Shown here one piece after another: positions 25,525-38,300 of a stretch of 64,000 nt of DNA. A model generated the notes under the pieces. The model was given only the letters and a program-made list of their open reading frames with translations, searched no databases and was not told the DNA's origin. Source of the DNA: Chrysomallon squamiferum. Its lineage: Eukaryota > Animalia > Mollusca. How positions within the stretch are numbered: position 1 is the stretch's first letter; every line of letters starts with the position of its first letter. Location: contig CM022671.1 in the NCBI GenBank assembly GCA_012295275.1, positions 17,050,001 through 17,114,000 on the forward strand, read 5' to 3'. The position numbers and the translations under genes were made by a program.

Positions 25525-27339
25525 TCAAGAGCATTTGTTTCGATTTTTAAAAAAATGATTGTAAAATAAAAAGAGATATAAAATTAATCATAAATACTAA
25601 TATAAAAATTCATAATCCTTTCAACAAACCCTGACATTACACACACTGATGCACATAAAAATAGATTGATGTGGTTGTGGCCTCATTGTTTAATCGGCAA
25701 TGTTTCGTGTAGTTTGTGTTTGAAATTCATTAGAAAACTTTGGAGATACGGGATTGTTTATATATGGCTAGAAAGTGCCATTTGAGAAACAATCAATTTT
25801 AGCTAAATGATTATGAAATTGTTTAATCTTACTGCAAACATGCGAATAGGAAGCATTGCTTTATCTGGTAGGTAAAAAGAAACTTCTCTAAAGAAAATGC
25901 TGTCCATGATTATGCACACTTTATTATATATATAATAAAAATACTGATGTGTTGATTTTAAGATTTATTATGTCCGAACATGAACACACCTAACCCAACT
26001 GTTTTCTCTACTTACTTTACAGTGCAGGTGAAATATCACAGTGCTTTCATTTTGATTGATAAGTGTTTCATTGCTTGATTGATAAGGGTTGTTTGGTCAT
26101 GTGATATCATTGTTTATTCTGAGTGACAGTCGAAAAGAAAACGGAATATATATATATATTTTTTTTTTAATTTATTTTTTTCATTAATACATATATATAT
26201 ATATATGTATTAATGAAAAAAATTAATTAAAAAAAATGAAAACAAAAATGAAAATAAAAAATAAAATGAAATTAAAAATAATTAAATTAGAAATGATGAC
26301 AGCAGACTGCAGATAACTACATTTTATAATTAATTTTTTTTCATTTTGTTCATGTCTTTCATTTTAATTTGTTAAAAAGGGTTACATTCTTTGCTGCAGA
26401 GAGGTTATTAATTTATCCTACGTTTTAAAAAATAATAATAAAATATTTTGATTTTTTTGTTAATGTACTTTCTTAATACAAGTGGCAGATGGGCGGCAAC
26501 TTTGTATTTTTCTTCTTCTTCTGGTCTTGGTTTTAATTACATTCGTATGTCTGGAAAATAGATGAAATCATTTTAATTATATTGAAAGATCCCACTTTCG
26601 TAATGTATTTTTCAATTCACTTACTAAATATCTATTCTCCATTTTGGAACGTAATATTTTTTAAACTTTCTTTTCATTTAGAATCAATCAGTATCATTGA
26701 CGTTATCAGCTTAAAAGTATGATATTTTATAAGAAAAGAAAATGTCATAATAAAAATGATAATAATAATAATAATAATAATAATATAATAATAATAATAA
26801 TAGTAGTAGTAGTAGTAGTAGTAGTAACAATAAAAATACAAATATGAATGACATCTATTAAACTAAGTAGAATGTAATTTATGAATAAATCAAAAGTATA
26901 AAATTTAAAACGTTCTCAAGAACCAAGGTAATATTAAAACAACAATAGTTTATAGGAACAGATAACAGGTAGCAGGCCTTTTATCGGGCCCAGATTTACA
27001 AAGTAAAAACTCTCTGTCTAATTATGTTTCTAGAGCGAAGCAAGTTTCTGAATGTTTCCTTCAATACTGCAGAGAAAGTAACTAAAATGTATTTCATGAA
27101 ATCCTCTTAAAAATGTTGCTGGATAGATTTAAATCCAAGCATCGTGGCGAGCATTCAAGATCAAGATAGAAATCTTTGTTTTGACTTATTTTTCTCTGAT
27201 GTACAAAGTAACTGTCATTTTCTGTACGCCAATAATTATGTAAAACGATATCGGAATGTAAATGTTGTTAACAATGGATTGTCTCCCTGTAATGGAAAGA
27301 AGACTTGTACAGCCATGTTTTACGAGCTGTCCGAGTTAC

Positions 27340-27972
27340 TAGCACTCGGCCGGTCTATTTTTCGCTTTCAGTTGCGAGCCAAAATCCGAGTTACGAGCGA
27401 CCTTCAGATATGCCGCCGGTAGTTGGCGCATAGTTGAAGTATCTCTGTTGTTTTGTGCTCGCGTTTTGTGCACTATTTTGCCAAATTTCTTATTTCTGAC
27501 AATGGATCGTAAGAAAATGAGAAGAAAGGAGAGTGCTGAGAAGAAGAAGCGGACGATGTCCTTTGAATTAAAGCTTGAAATCATAGAGAAACATGAACAA
27601 GATGGGAATGCAGTAATTTGGCTAGGAAGTACGATCGTATACTTCTACGATATGTAACGCCGAAGGAGTCGATAAAGGCTATAACTCCAGCCAAAGGCAT
27701 TCAAATAATTTGTCTGATCTCCAACATAAATACACTTTACAAAACCAAATTTATTTCTTGAAATTCTTTTTTATTTTGTTCTTATACAGTATTTATATTT
27801 TTCTTATTTAAGAACACGTTACAAAAAAAAAAGAGGTTAAAATAAAGGGGAGGGGTTTGAGGGCTTTAACGGATTAATGTTATTTCAATTAATTTCAGTT
27901 GGGCATTGATTTGATATAGGAGCACACTGAGTTACGAGCTCGGTCACGGAACGAATTAAACTCGTAAGTTGT
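27340..27972 (+). mobile_element. Tigger/pogo fragment, variant b
   Basis: Near-identical to 10400-11030. Confidence 0.75.
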
Positions 27973-28104
27973 ATATTATTATTATTAATGAATAGACGTG
28001 ATCATCATTATTCTTTTTTCTTTTTTCTTAGGATTTAAAACAATATTTATTACTTCTTCACTCAAATTAATATTGTTTGTAAATATTCGTAAGGAAAAAG
28101 GTTT

Positions 28105-28420
28105 TAAATAATTGTACATTGTATTTAAATAATTGTACATAGTATTTAAATAATTGTACGTTGTATTTATATAATTGTACATTGTATTTAAATAATTGTA
28201 CGTTGTATTTAAACGATTGTGTATTGTATTTAAATAATTGAACGTTGTATTTATATAATTGTACATTGTATTTAAATAATTATACATTGTATTTAAATAA
28301 TTGTACGTTGTATTTAAACGATTGTGTATTGTATTTAAGTAATTGTACGTTGTATTTATATAATTGTACATTGTATTTAAATAATTGTACATTGTACTTA
28401 AATAATTGTTCGTTGTATTT
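28105..28420. repeat. 21-bp minisatellite, ~15 units
   Basis: Same unit; 105 nt (5 units) longer than the 11165 array. Confidence 0.9.
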
Positions 28421-28880
28421 AGTGTCGTAGCTGATAGGTCAACAGGGGAGCGACCGTTCCAGGCGAACCGATTTTTCAAAACTTGCACTGATTCAACAAT
28501 ATTTTATAACTTTTTTATGCACTTGTGCGATAGAAGTCGAATCTCTGGGACCTACACAGACACACACACATAAACACAAATATATATACACGCACACGCG
28601 CACACCTATATATTTATATACATATGAATCTACACACACACATATATATATACATACAGATATAACCTGGCACAGACGCAAGTATACACACAGAGACACG
28701 CACATACCCATGCATACAGACACACAAACACACATATGCTATATATTTCTGTGCCTCTCTCTCTGTTTTACAGTTTTGCAAGTCATTTTGTTCATACCAT
28801 CCGGTGAAACCGGTTTGTCAACACACAGGTACTAATCGGCGAGTCAAACTGACCGATAACTGAATGAGGCAAATTTGTTA

Positions 28881-28950
<70 letters not shown>

Positions 28951-29481
28951 CTTGATGGAATTTCGTAGAATTTTTAATTTTTGGTATTATTCTTGTACAC
29001 AAAAATAATAGTTGCTTATACTCAAGAAAATGAATACTTTGTGCTTTCTCAGAGAAAGAAGAAAAAAAAAATGTTAAAATTCATGAATGTAAGAACAACT
29101 GATTACACTGTCGTTTAACCTTTATCCATTTATTATTTTTTTGTTGAATAATTAATATGAACATAACTAGCGACATACTCTTTGAGATTAGTACTGAATA
29201 CATAAACCTGAGATTCGACAAGTTTAATTATCATGAAATTAAATTATAAACTTTGGAAATGTAATGTCAGCAGAAAGCAATTTTTAGATACTTTTTTTAT
29301 TGTCCATAATGATAACAAATTTGGCATTTTTTTACCAGTTCTAAATGGTTAGGAAATATTGCATGAACAGCTGTTAAAAATATACATAATCTATTTTAAT
29401 CGTGTGTGAGTCTGTGTGTGTGTATGTATATTCAAGCCACTTCTAATTTTATCAGTGATAGAAATACTGGAATATTCTATA

Positions 29482-30656
29482 ATGAAATTTCTCTGTGTGG
29501 CCATTTTCTCTTTGGTATGTACCAAATAGTTATATAGAAATTACTATTAAACGTAAAGTTTATTTACTTTATTTCGTATATTGAGTATTTTTAAGATGAG
29601 CTGATTTTTGTTGGTATTATAATTAAATAAATAAATAAAATGAAAAAAATATTATTTATTTATATTGTTCAATTTTATGTCTTCTTTTAACTATAATAAC
29701 ATGTAATCTTTCAATTGAATTTTTCTTACATTTATTTATTTATTTACTAAACATGTAAGAATATGATTGAAAGAAAATATTTAACTCATTTCATTTATCT
29801 ACCACTGGAGTACATTGTTTGATAAATCTGCCATGAAACACCTACACGTTTTACAAAAGATCTCTAAGTGCTGACAAGAGTAAAGTAGGAAACATTTGGT
29901 AGACAGGATATAGTGGAATTGTTTACAATCCACGCAAATTTTTAAATTAATCTTCTTTTAATAATAAATTTTAAAAATTATGTTACATATAATTGTTATA
30001 TTTTGTACAGTTCTTTACGAGTTGGCGTGTTAAATATTTATTCATTCATTCTGATACAAGTAAACCATAAATATGGTTCAATTATACACCAATGTTATGT
30101 TGTGTTTAAAATATATCGTGCTACCTGTTTCCTTACAGAATCAGGATTCCTTTCTTAATATCATTATGTGAAAAAAAAATGATAGCGTTAGCACCATCTA
30201 ATGTTTAGTGTAATCTACTGGTTTAGCATCTAATAATTTTTATATAAACGATCTCTAATATTCAGTATGTTTATGTGTCGAAACAAATATTCTTTCATTC
30301 ATTTGAAGACTGTTACTCTAGACATCACTGTAAAAAGATCACACGAAGGAGTCGTAACTGCTGGAGGTGTTTGTAAGAGAGAATCTGACTGTGATGAAAA
30401 GTTCTGCTGTATCTTCAAGCAGTCTAGAAGGCGATTTGTCGTCACTAATTCAGTCTTTGGAACGTGTCAGCCTAAGCGCAAGGCGAATGAGCTGTGTTAT
30501 GTATCCGTGTTTCACAGAGACTTCTGCCCATGCCTAAGTGGATTAAAATGTCTTGAGGAAATTGTGAGGAAACCAGTAACACACCTCACTCACAGATGTA
30601 AGCTCGAGAAACCTTTCTATGTTGACGTCTCAGTAAAGATGAATAACAACTATTAA
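29482..30656 (+). CDS. 10-Cys peptide copy 6, long-loop basic type (126 aa; exons 29482-29514 and 30309-30656)
   Basis: Exon 1 MKFLCVAIFSL|GT. Exon 2 TVTLDITVKRSHEGVVTAGGVCKRESDCDEKFCCIFKQSRRRFVVTNSVFGTCQPKRKANELCYVSVFHRDFCPCLSGLKCLEEIVRKPVTHLTHRCKLEKPFYVDVSVKMNNNY*. AATAAA 30661-30666. Confidence 0.9.
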
Positions 30657-32355
30657 TGACAATAAATATTTTGGAATATTTATTAAAATTGTTTGTTTTT
30701 AGTGCTAAAGTATCAATACAAATTTTCATTTCAGTGAAAAGTAACACTACCGTGAAATAGTTTAGTGTGTATTAATTAAAACTTTTAGTCATTATTACTA
30801 TATTTATATATTTGTATTTCTTCCAACCCTCACACTACATACACAGATTCATTATAAACCCATTTCTGTCTGTTTACATTTATCAACTTGTCTACATGTT
30901 AAAAGAGTCTCTTGTCTTTCAAAAGCTCCTCATCCACTTATACACAAATGTTATTATTCTTTATTATTTTAACCTTTAGCAGACTTAATAATAATGATCA
31001 GTCCATCACGAACGTTTATTATAATCTATAACAATATTCTAGTTTACTGTTTAAATTGTTATTATTTTTAAAATGATTTTAAAATATTATATATAAATGT
31101 TGAAAGGATTTGTTTTGATTTTTTTTGGAAATAATTGGAAAAGAAAAATATATAGAAAATTAATCATAAATACTCATATAATAATTCAGAATCCTTTCCT
31201 CGAACCCTAACATTACACACATTGATGCACATAAAAATACACTGATGTGGTTTTGGCCCCATTGTTTAATCGTGTTCTGACTGTCAGCAGATGGCAATGT
31301 TTGGTGTAGTTTGTGAGTGAAATTCATTGTGAAACTTTGGAGATACGGGATTGTTTATGTATGGCTAAAAAGTGCCAAACGAAAAACAATCAATTTTTAG
31401 CTCTATGGTTATGTTAATTGTTTAATCTTACCGCAAACATGCGAGTAGGAATCATTGTTTTATTCGGGAGGTAAAAAAAAAAAAATCGGTTAACAAAATG
31501 TTGTCTATGGTTATGCACACTTTATTATTAGATATATGTATAAGATAAAAGTACTAATGTATTTATTTTAAAATGTATTATCTCTTAACACGAACAAACC
31601 TAACCCAACTGTTTTCTCTGCTAAATTTACAGTGCAGGTGAAATATCACAGTGCTTTCATTTTGATTGATAAGTGTTTCATAGCAACTTGTCCATTGGCT
31701 GGCCAAAATGGGTTGTTTGGTCATGTGATATCATTATTCATTATGAGTGTGACAGCCGAAATGGAAACGGAATATATATATATATATATATATATAAATT
31801 GAAAAAAAAAAATAATTAAAAAAAAAATAATAAAATAAAAAATAAAATGAAATTAAAAATAATTAAATTAGAAATGACAACAGCAGACTGGACATAAGTA
31901 CATTTTATAATTAATTTTTTTATTTTGTTAACATTTTTCATTTTAATTTGTTGGAAAGGGTCTGCTAATACATTGCTACATACTTTGCTGCAGAGAGATT
32001 ATTAATTTATTCTACGTTTTAATAAATAATAATAAAACATTTTGACTTCTTTCTTTATTGTACTTTCTTAATACAAGTGGCAGATGGGCGGCAGCTTTGA
32101 ATTTTTTTTTTTCTTCTGATCTTGATTTTAATTACATTCGTAAGTCTGGAAATCATTTTAATTATACTAAAAGATCCAACCACTTTCGTAATGTATTTTT
32201 CAATTCACTTACTAAATATCTATTCAGGATTTTGGAAGATAATTTTTTTTTAAACTTTCTTTTCCTTTAGAATTAATCAGTATCATTGACGTTATCAGCT
32301 TAAAAGTATGATATTTCATAGCAATTAAATGTAATAATAATAATAATAATAACAG

Positions 32356-32404
<49 letters not shown>

Positions 32405-33649
32405 TATAATAATGATAGTAATAATAATAATAAAAACATAAATCAGAATGGTATCTATTAAACGAAGTAGAATGCAATTTATGAATAAATCAAAAGTATG
32501 AAATTTAAAACGTCCTCAACAACGAAAGAAATATTAAAACAATAATACTTTATAGGAATAGATGGGAGGTACCAGGCCATTTATAACGTTAAAACTCTCT
32601 GTCTAAGTATACTTCTAGAGTGATGCAAACTTCTAAACGATTACATCAGTACTGCCGAAGAAGTAACTGAACTATATTTCATAAAATCCTGTTAAAAATG
32701 TTGCTGGATAGATTTAAAGCCAAACAGCGTGGCGAGCTGGACTTGTCAAATTTTTAAAAAATGTGTTAACCGATCTACTGACTCGTCAGCTTCAACTGAA
32801 AGGTTTGTCACTGTGGGAAATTGTAGTCAATGTTTCTCATAAAAAAAAACGAAACATAATTACTTGCAAATTGAAAATTTACTAACTGAAAAAAAGTATT
32901 AAAAATTAAAAAATGATTGAACAAAAATAAAAAAATCGGAAAAAAAAATTGAAAAGAAGAAGAAATTGCTTGAAATCAGTTCGAGTCTTAGGTATGGATT
33001 CAGAGAAGTTACAATAACCATTAATGGTTTAAAATTAAAATTTAATTGTGTACATCATTCCTTATGTGTGTGTGTCTTATTATACACACATATATTTTAT
33101 ATATACGTGTGTGTGTTTTTAATGTGTTCGTACCTTGTGAGTGATTTAAAAATATTTCCGATCAACTGTAAACTTGACAAGCTACTATTAGAGAGTTTTC
33201 TAAATAGAGAGCAGTTTAGCGGTCTGTTAGGCTTAACCAGGTTTAACGAAGGATTCCAGGAAAAATTCTTTTTTAATAATTTATAAAAAAATATACATAT
33301 ATATATATATAATAAAAGAAATAAGAAAAATCTTGTTTAAAATCTGGCAGGCTTCGTAGTAAATCGATCCTCTATCGGCTACTTTTTAAATTTTGTGGCG
33401 TACACCTCTCTGTCCATTTCAGTACGACTTACAACTGAAATCTGAGAAATGTTCTGTATATCACTAGAAGCATTCTTTGAAACACTTCTACGTGTATTCT
33501 TTTTCTTTTTAAATTTTTATTTTCTATTTTTAATTTATCTTTTAAATACTTGTACATGTACTCTCTGTATTTTTTCTTTTTAAAATGTTGTTTAGATTTA
33601 TTAATAATGCATTAAAGCAAGGCATTTTTTCTTTCTTTCCTTCACCAGT

Positions 33650-33950
33650 TAATGTGGTGACAGAAGAACAGGATAAATGCACGCGAAGTCTGCGAGAAAG
33701 ACATATACAGTAAATGAATTCAAAATAATCATAGATATATGGTCAAATAGGCTCATCTCTAGGAAATGATTTGGTGTTAAAGGGAAGAAAATAATAAAGA
33801 TTTCCTTACAGTAGCTATGTTTGACTAAGAGGTTCAAGTTTAACTTGGTAACCAGCAGCTGAGAATGTTTTTTGTGTCTTAATGAGCAAGGCACTGAACA
33901 ATATGAAGCGAATTAGAAATTATTGTTAAATAAATTTACTGCCTGCTTTG
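33650..33950 (+). mobile_element. Probable degraded hAT transposase fragment (also ~37002-37300 and ~40342-40620)
   Basis: + strand reads IIIDIWSNRLIS..FGVKG, CLTKRFK and AAENVF, resembling hAT motifs D-I-W-S-N-R and LACxRFxGxHTAENI. Multiple stops. Confidence 0.45.
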
Positions 33951-34557
33951 TATTAATAAAAAACATTTAAAAAATTAGATTATAGTGATGTTTGATTTTA
34001 AATTAACAATTATCGTTGTAATCAAATAACATTTAATTTCTTATTCTTTTTTGTTTCATATTGTTAAAATTATGAACTTGTTTCTACTGAATAACAGCAT
34101 TTAACTTTGCACTCTGTGATGTTCTGGGCAGGAGAGGTGAATGATGAGAAAATATTCTGTGATGTAATCACTGTTTCTGAACATCCAGACCATCACAGAC
34201 ATTTTGCTTTTCACTTGTTTTGTTACTAGCATATGGCGAGAGAACAGAAATAGCGACAGTTAACAGATATCCGTTATTCTGTCATTATATCTGTCCAAAA
34301 GATCCCTTTAAACATAGTTTAAATATTTTCTACAAATTCATCTCTTTCCTTAATAAACATTTCAGTTTTCCTTCATAGATTTTTTTTTTTAACTGTTACT
34401 CACTGTAATAGTGAACACAAAACAAATGGCTTACTATGGGTCTAGGACATTTATGAGGCCAAAACAACAACAACAACAAGGAACAAAGCGAATTAGACTT
34501 TTCCAAGAATAATCTAGAATGATGATCAAGATAGAAATCTTTCTTTTGTGAAATTTC

Positions 34558-34950
34558 CATGGATCGTACGAAAGTGTGTGTAAAGGACACTGTTGAAAAG
34601 AAGAAACGGATGATGTTCATTGAATTAAAGCTTGAATTCCAGAAAAACACGAGCGAGGTTTGCGTGTAGTTAAGATGGCTAGGCAGTACGAGCGTAGTGC
34701 TTTTACGATATGTACCATACTGAAGCGAAAGGAGTGGATAAAGGCTGTAATTCCAGCCAAAGGCGTTAAAATACTTTCTAAGCTGTGGACCTCTGTCCAT
34801 AAAAAGATGGATAAACCCTAACCCTGTACACTTTATAAAACCAATTTATTTCTATACATCTAAAAAAAAAAAAAAAACAACTTTTATACAATATTTGACA
34901 TTCATAAATACATTTCTCTTATTTAAAAACACGTTATAAAAAATGGGGTG
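34558..34950 (+). mobile_element. Tigger/pogo fragment, variant c
   Basis: Frameshifted homolog of 37909-38172. Confidence 0.7.
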
Positions 34951-37906
34951 GTTATTGGGGGTGCAATAACTCGAACAAACCTAACCCAACTGTTTTCTCT
35001 GCTAAGTTTACAGTGCAGGTGAAATATCACAGTGCTTTCATTTTGATTGATAAGTGTTTCATAGCAACTTGTCCATTGGCTGGCCAAAATGGGTTGTTTG
35101 GTCATGTGATATCATTATTCATTATGAGTGTGACAGCCGAAATGGAAACGGAATATATATATATATATATATATTATTGAAAAAAAAAATAATTAAAAAA
35201 AAAAAATTAAAATAAAAAATTAAATTAAATTAAAAATAATTAAATTAGAAATGACAACAGCAGACTGGACATAAGTACATTTTATAATTAATTTTTTTCA
35301 TTTTGTTCACATTTTTCGTTTTAATTTGTTGGAAAGGGTCTGCTAATACATTGCTACATACTTTGCTGCAGAGAGATTATTAATTTATTCTACGTTTTAA
35401 TAAATAATAATAAAACATTTTGACTTCTTTCTTTATTGTACTTTCTTAATACAAGTGGCAGATGGGCGGCAGCTTAGAATTTTTTTTTTTTTCTTCTGAT
35501 CTTGGTTTTAATTACATTCGTAAGTCTGGAAATCATTTTAATTATACTAAAAGATCCAACCACTTTCGTAATGTATTTTTCAATTCACTTACTAAATATC
35601 TATTCAGGATTTTGTAAGATAATTTTTTTTAAACTTTCTTTTCCTTTAGAATTAATCAGTATCATTGACGTTATCAGCTTAAAAGTATGATATTTCATAG
35701 CAATTAAATGTAATAATAATAATAATAACAGTAATAATAATAATAATAATAATAATTATAATAATGATAGTAATAATAATAATAAAAACATAAATCAGAA
35801 TGGTATCTATTAAACGAAGTAGAATGCAATTTATGAATAAATCAAAAGTATGAAATTTAAAACGTCCTCAACAACGAAAGAAATATTAAAACAATAATAC
35901 TTTATAGGAATAGATGGGAGGTACCAGGCCATTTATAACGTTAAAACTCTCTGTCTAAGTATACTTCTAGAGTGATGCAAACTTCTAAACGATTACATCA
36001 GTACTGCCGAAGAAGTAACTGAACTATATTTCATAAAATCCTGTTAAAAATGTTGCTGGATAGATTTAAAGCCAAACAGCGTGGCGAGCTGGACTTGTCA
36101 AATTTTTAAAAAATGTGTTAACCGATCTACTGACTCGTCAGCTTCAACTGAAAGGTTTGTCACTGTGGGAAATTGTAGTCAATGTTTCTCATAAAAAAAA
36201 AAACGAAACATAATTACTTGCAAATTGAAAATTTACTAACTGAAAAAAAGTATTAAAAATTAAAAAATGATTGAACAAAAATAACAAAATCGGAAAAATA
36301 AATTGAAAAGAAGAAGAAATTGCTTGAAATCAGTTCGAATCTTAGGTATGGATTCAGAGAAGTTACAATAACCATTAATGGTTTAAAATTAAAATTTAAT
36401 TGTGTACATCATTCCTTATGTGTGTGTGTCTTATTATACACACATATATTTTATATATACGTGTGTGTGTTTAATGTGTTCGTACCTTGTGAGTGATTTA
36501 AAAATATTTCCGATCAACTGTAAACTTGACAAGCTACTATTAGAGAGTTTTCTAAATAGAGAGCAGTTTAGCGGTCTGTTAGGCTTAACCAGGTTTAACG
36601 AAGGATTCCAGGAAAAATTCTTTTTTAATAATTTATAAAAAAATATACATATACATATATATAATAAAAGAAATAAGAAAAATCTTGTTTAGAATCTGGC
36701 AGGCTTCGTAGTAAATCGATCCTCTATCGGCTACTTTTTAAATTTTGTGGCGTACACCTCTCTGTCCATTTCAGTACGACTTACAACTGAAATCTGAGAA
36801 ATGTTCTGTATATCACTAGAAGCATTCTTTGAAACACTTCTACGTGTATTCTTTTTCTTTTTAAATTTTTATTTTCTATTTTTAATTTATCTTTTAAATA
36901 CTTGTACATGTACTCTGTGTATTTTTTCTTTTTAAAATGTTGTTTAGATTTATTAATAATGCATTAAAGCAAGGCATTTTTTCTTTCTTTCCTTCACCAG
37001 TTAATGTGGTGACAGAAGAACAGGATAAATGCACGCGAAGTCTGCGAGAAAGACATATACAATAAATGAATTCAAAATAATCATAGATATATGGTCAAAG
37101 AGGCTCATCTCTAGGAAATGATTTGGTGTTAAAGGGAAGAAAATAATAAAGATTTCCTTACAGTAGCTATGTTTGACTAAGAGGTTCAAGTTTAACTTGG
37201 TAACCAGCAGCTGCGAATGTTTTTTGTGTCTTAATGAGCAAGGCACTGAACAATATGAAGCGAATTAGAAATTATTGTTAAATAAATTTACTGCCTGCTT
37301 TGTATTAATAAAAAACATTTAAAAAATTAGATTATAGTGATGTTTGATTTTAAATTAACAATTATCGTTGTAATCAAATAACATTTAATTTCTTATTCTT
37401 TTGTTTCATATTGTTAAAATTATGAACTTGTTTCTACTGAATAACAGCATTTAACTTTGCACTCTGTGATGTTCTGGGCAGGAGAGGTGAATGATGAGAA
37501 AATATTCTGTGATGTAATCACTGTTTCCGAACATCCAGACCATCACAGACATTTTGCTTTTCACTTGTTTTGTTACTAGCATATGGCGAAAGAACAGAAA
37601 TAGCGACAGTTAACAGATATCCGTTATTCTGTCATTATATCTGTCCAAAAGATCCCTTTAAACATAGTTTAAATATTTTCTACAAATTCATCTCTTTCCT
37701 TAATAAACATTTCAGTTTTCCTTCATAGATTTTTTTTTTTAACTGTTACTCACTGTAATAGTGAACACAAAACAAATGGCTTACTATGGGTCTAGGACAT
37801 TTATGAGGCCAAAACAACAACAACAACAAGGAACAAAGCGAATTAGACTTTTCCAAGAATAATCTAGAATGATGATCAAGATAGAAATCTTTCTTTTGTC
37901 AAATTT

Positions 37907-38300
37907 CCATGGATCGTACGAAAGTGTGTGTAAAGGACACTGTTGAAAAGAAGAAACGGATGATGTTCATTGAATTAAAGCTTGAATTCACAGAAAAACA
38001 CGAGCGAGGTTTGCATGTAGTTAAGATGGCTAGGCAGTACGAGCGTAGTGCTTTTACGATATGTACCATACTGAAGCGAAAGGAGTGGATAAAGGCTGTA
38101 ATTCCAGCCAAAGGCGTTAAAATACTTTCTAAGCTGTGGACCTCTGTCCATGAAAAGATGGATAAACCCTAACCCTGTACACTTTATAAAACCAATTTAT
38201 TTCTATACATTTAAAAAAAAAACAAAAAAACATTTATACAATATTTGACATTCATAAATACATTTCTCTTATTTAAAAACACGTTATAAAAAATGGGGTG
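37907..38300 (+). mobile_element. Tigger/pogo fragment, variant c
   Basis: MDRTKVCVKDTVEKKKRMMFIELKLEFTEKHERGLHVVKMARQYERSAFTICTILKRKEWIKAVIPAKGVKILSKLWTSVHEKMDKP, a transposase N-terminal HTH without the DDE domain. Confidence 0.75.

Noticed and set aside
28105-28420. Possible CRISPR-like array
   Set aside because: Head-to-tail repeats with no unique spacers, no cas genes and a eukaryotic context.
37909-38172. Domesticated CENP-B/TIGD-like gene
   Set aside because: Only the N-terminal HTH is present, the sister copy is frameshifted, and there is no catalytic domain or gene structure.
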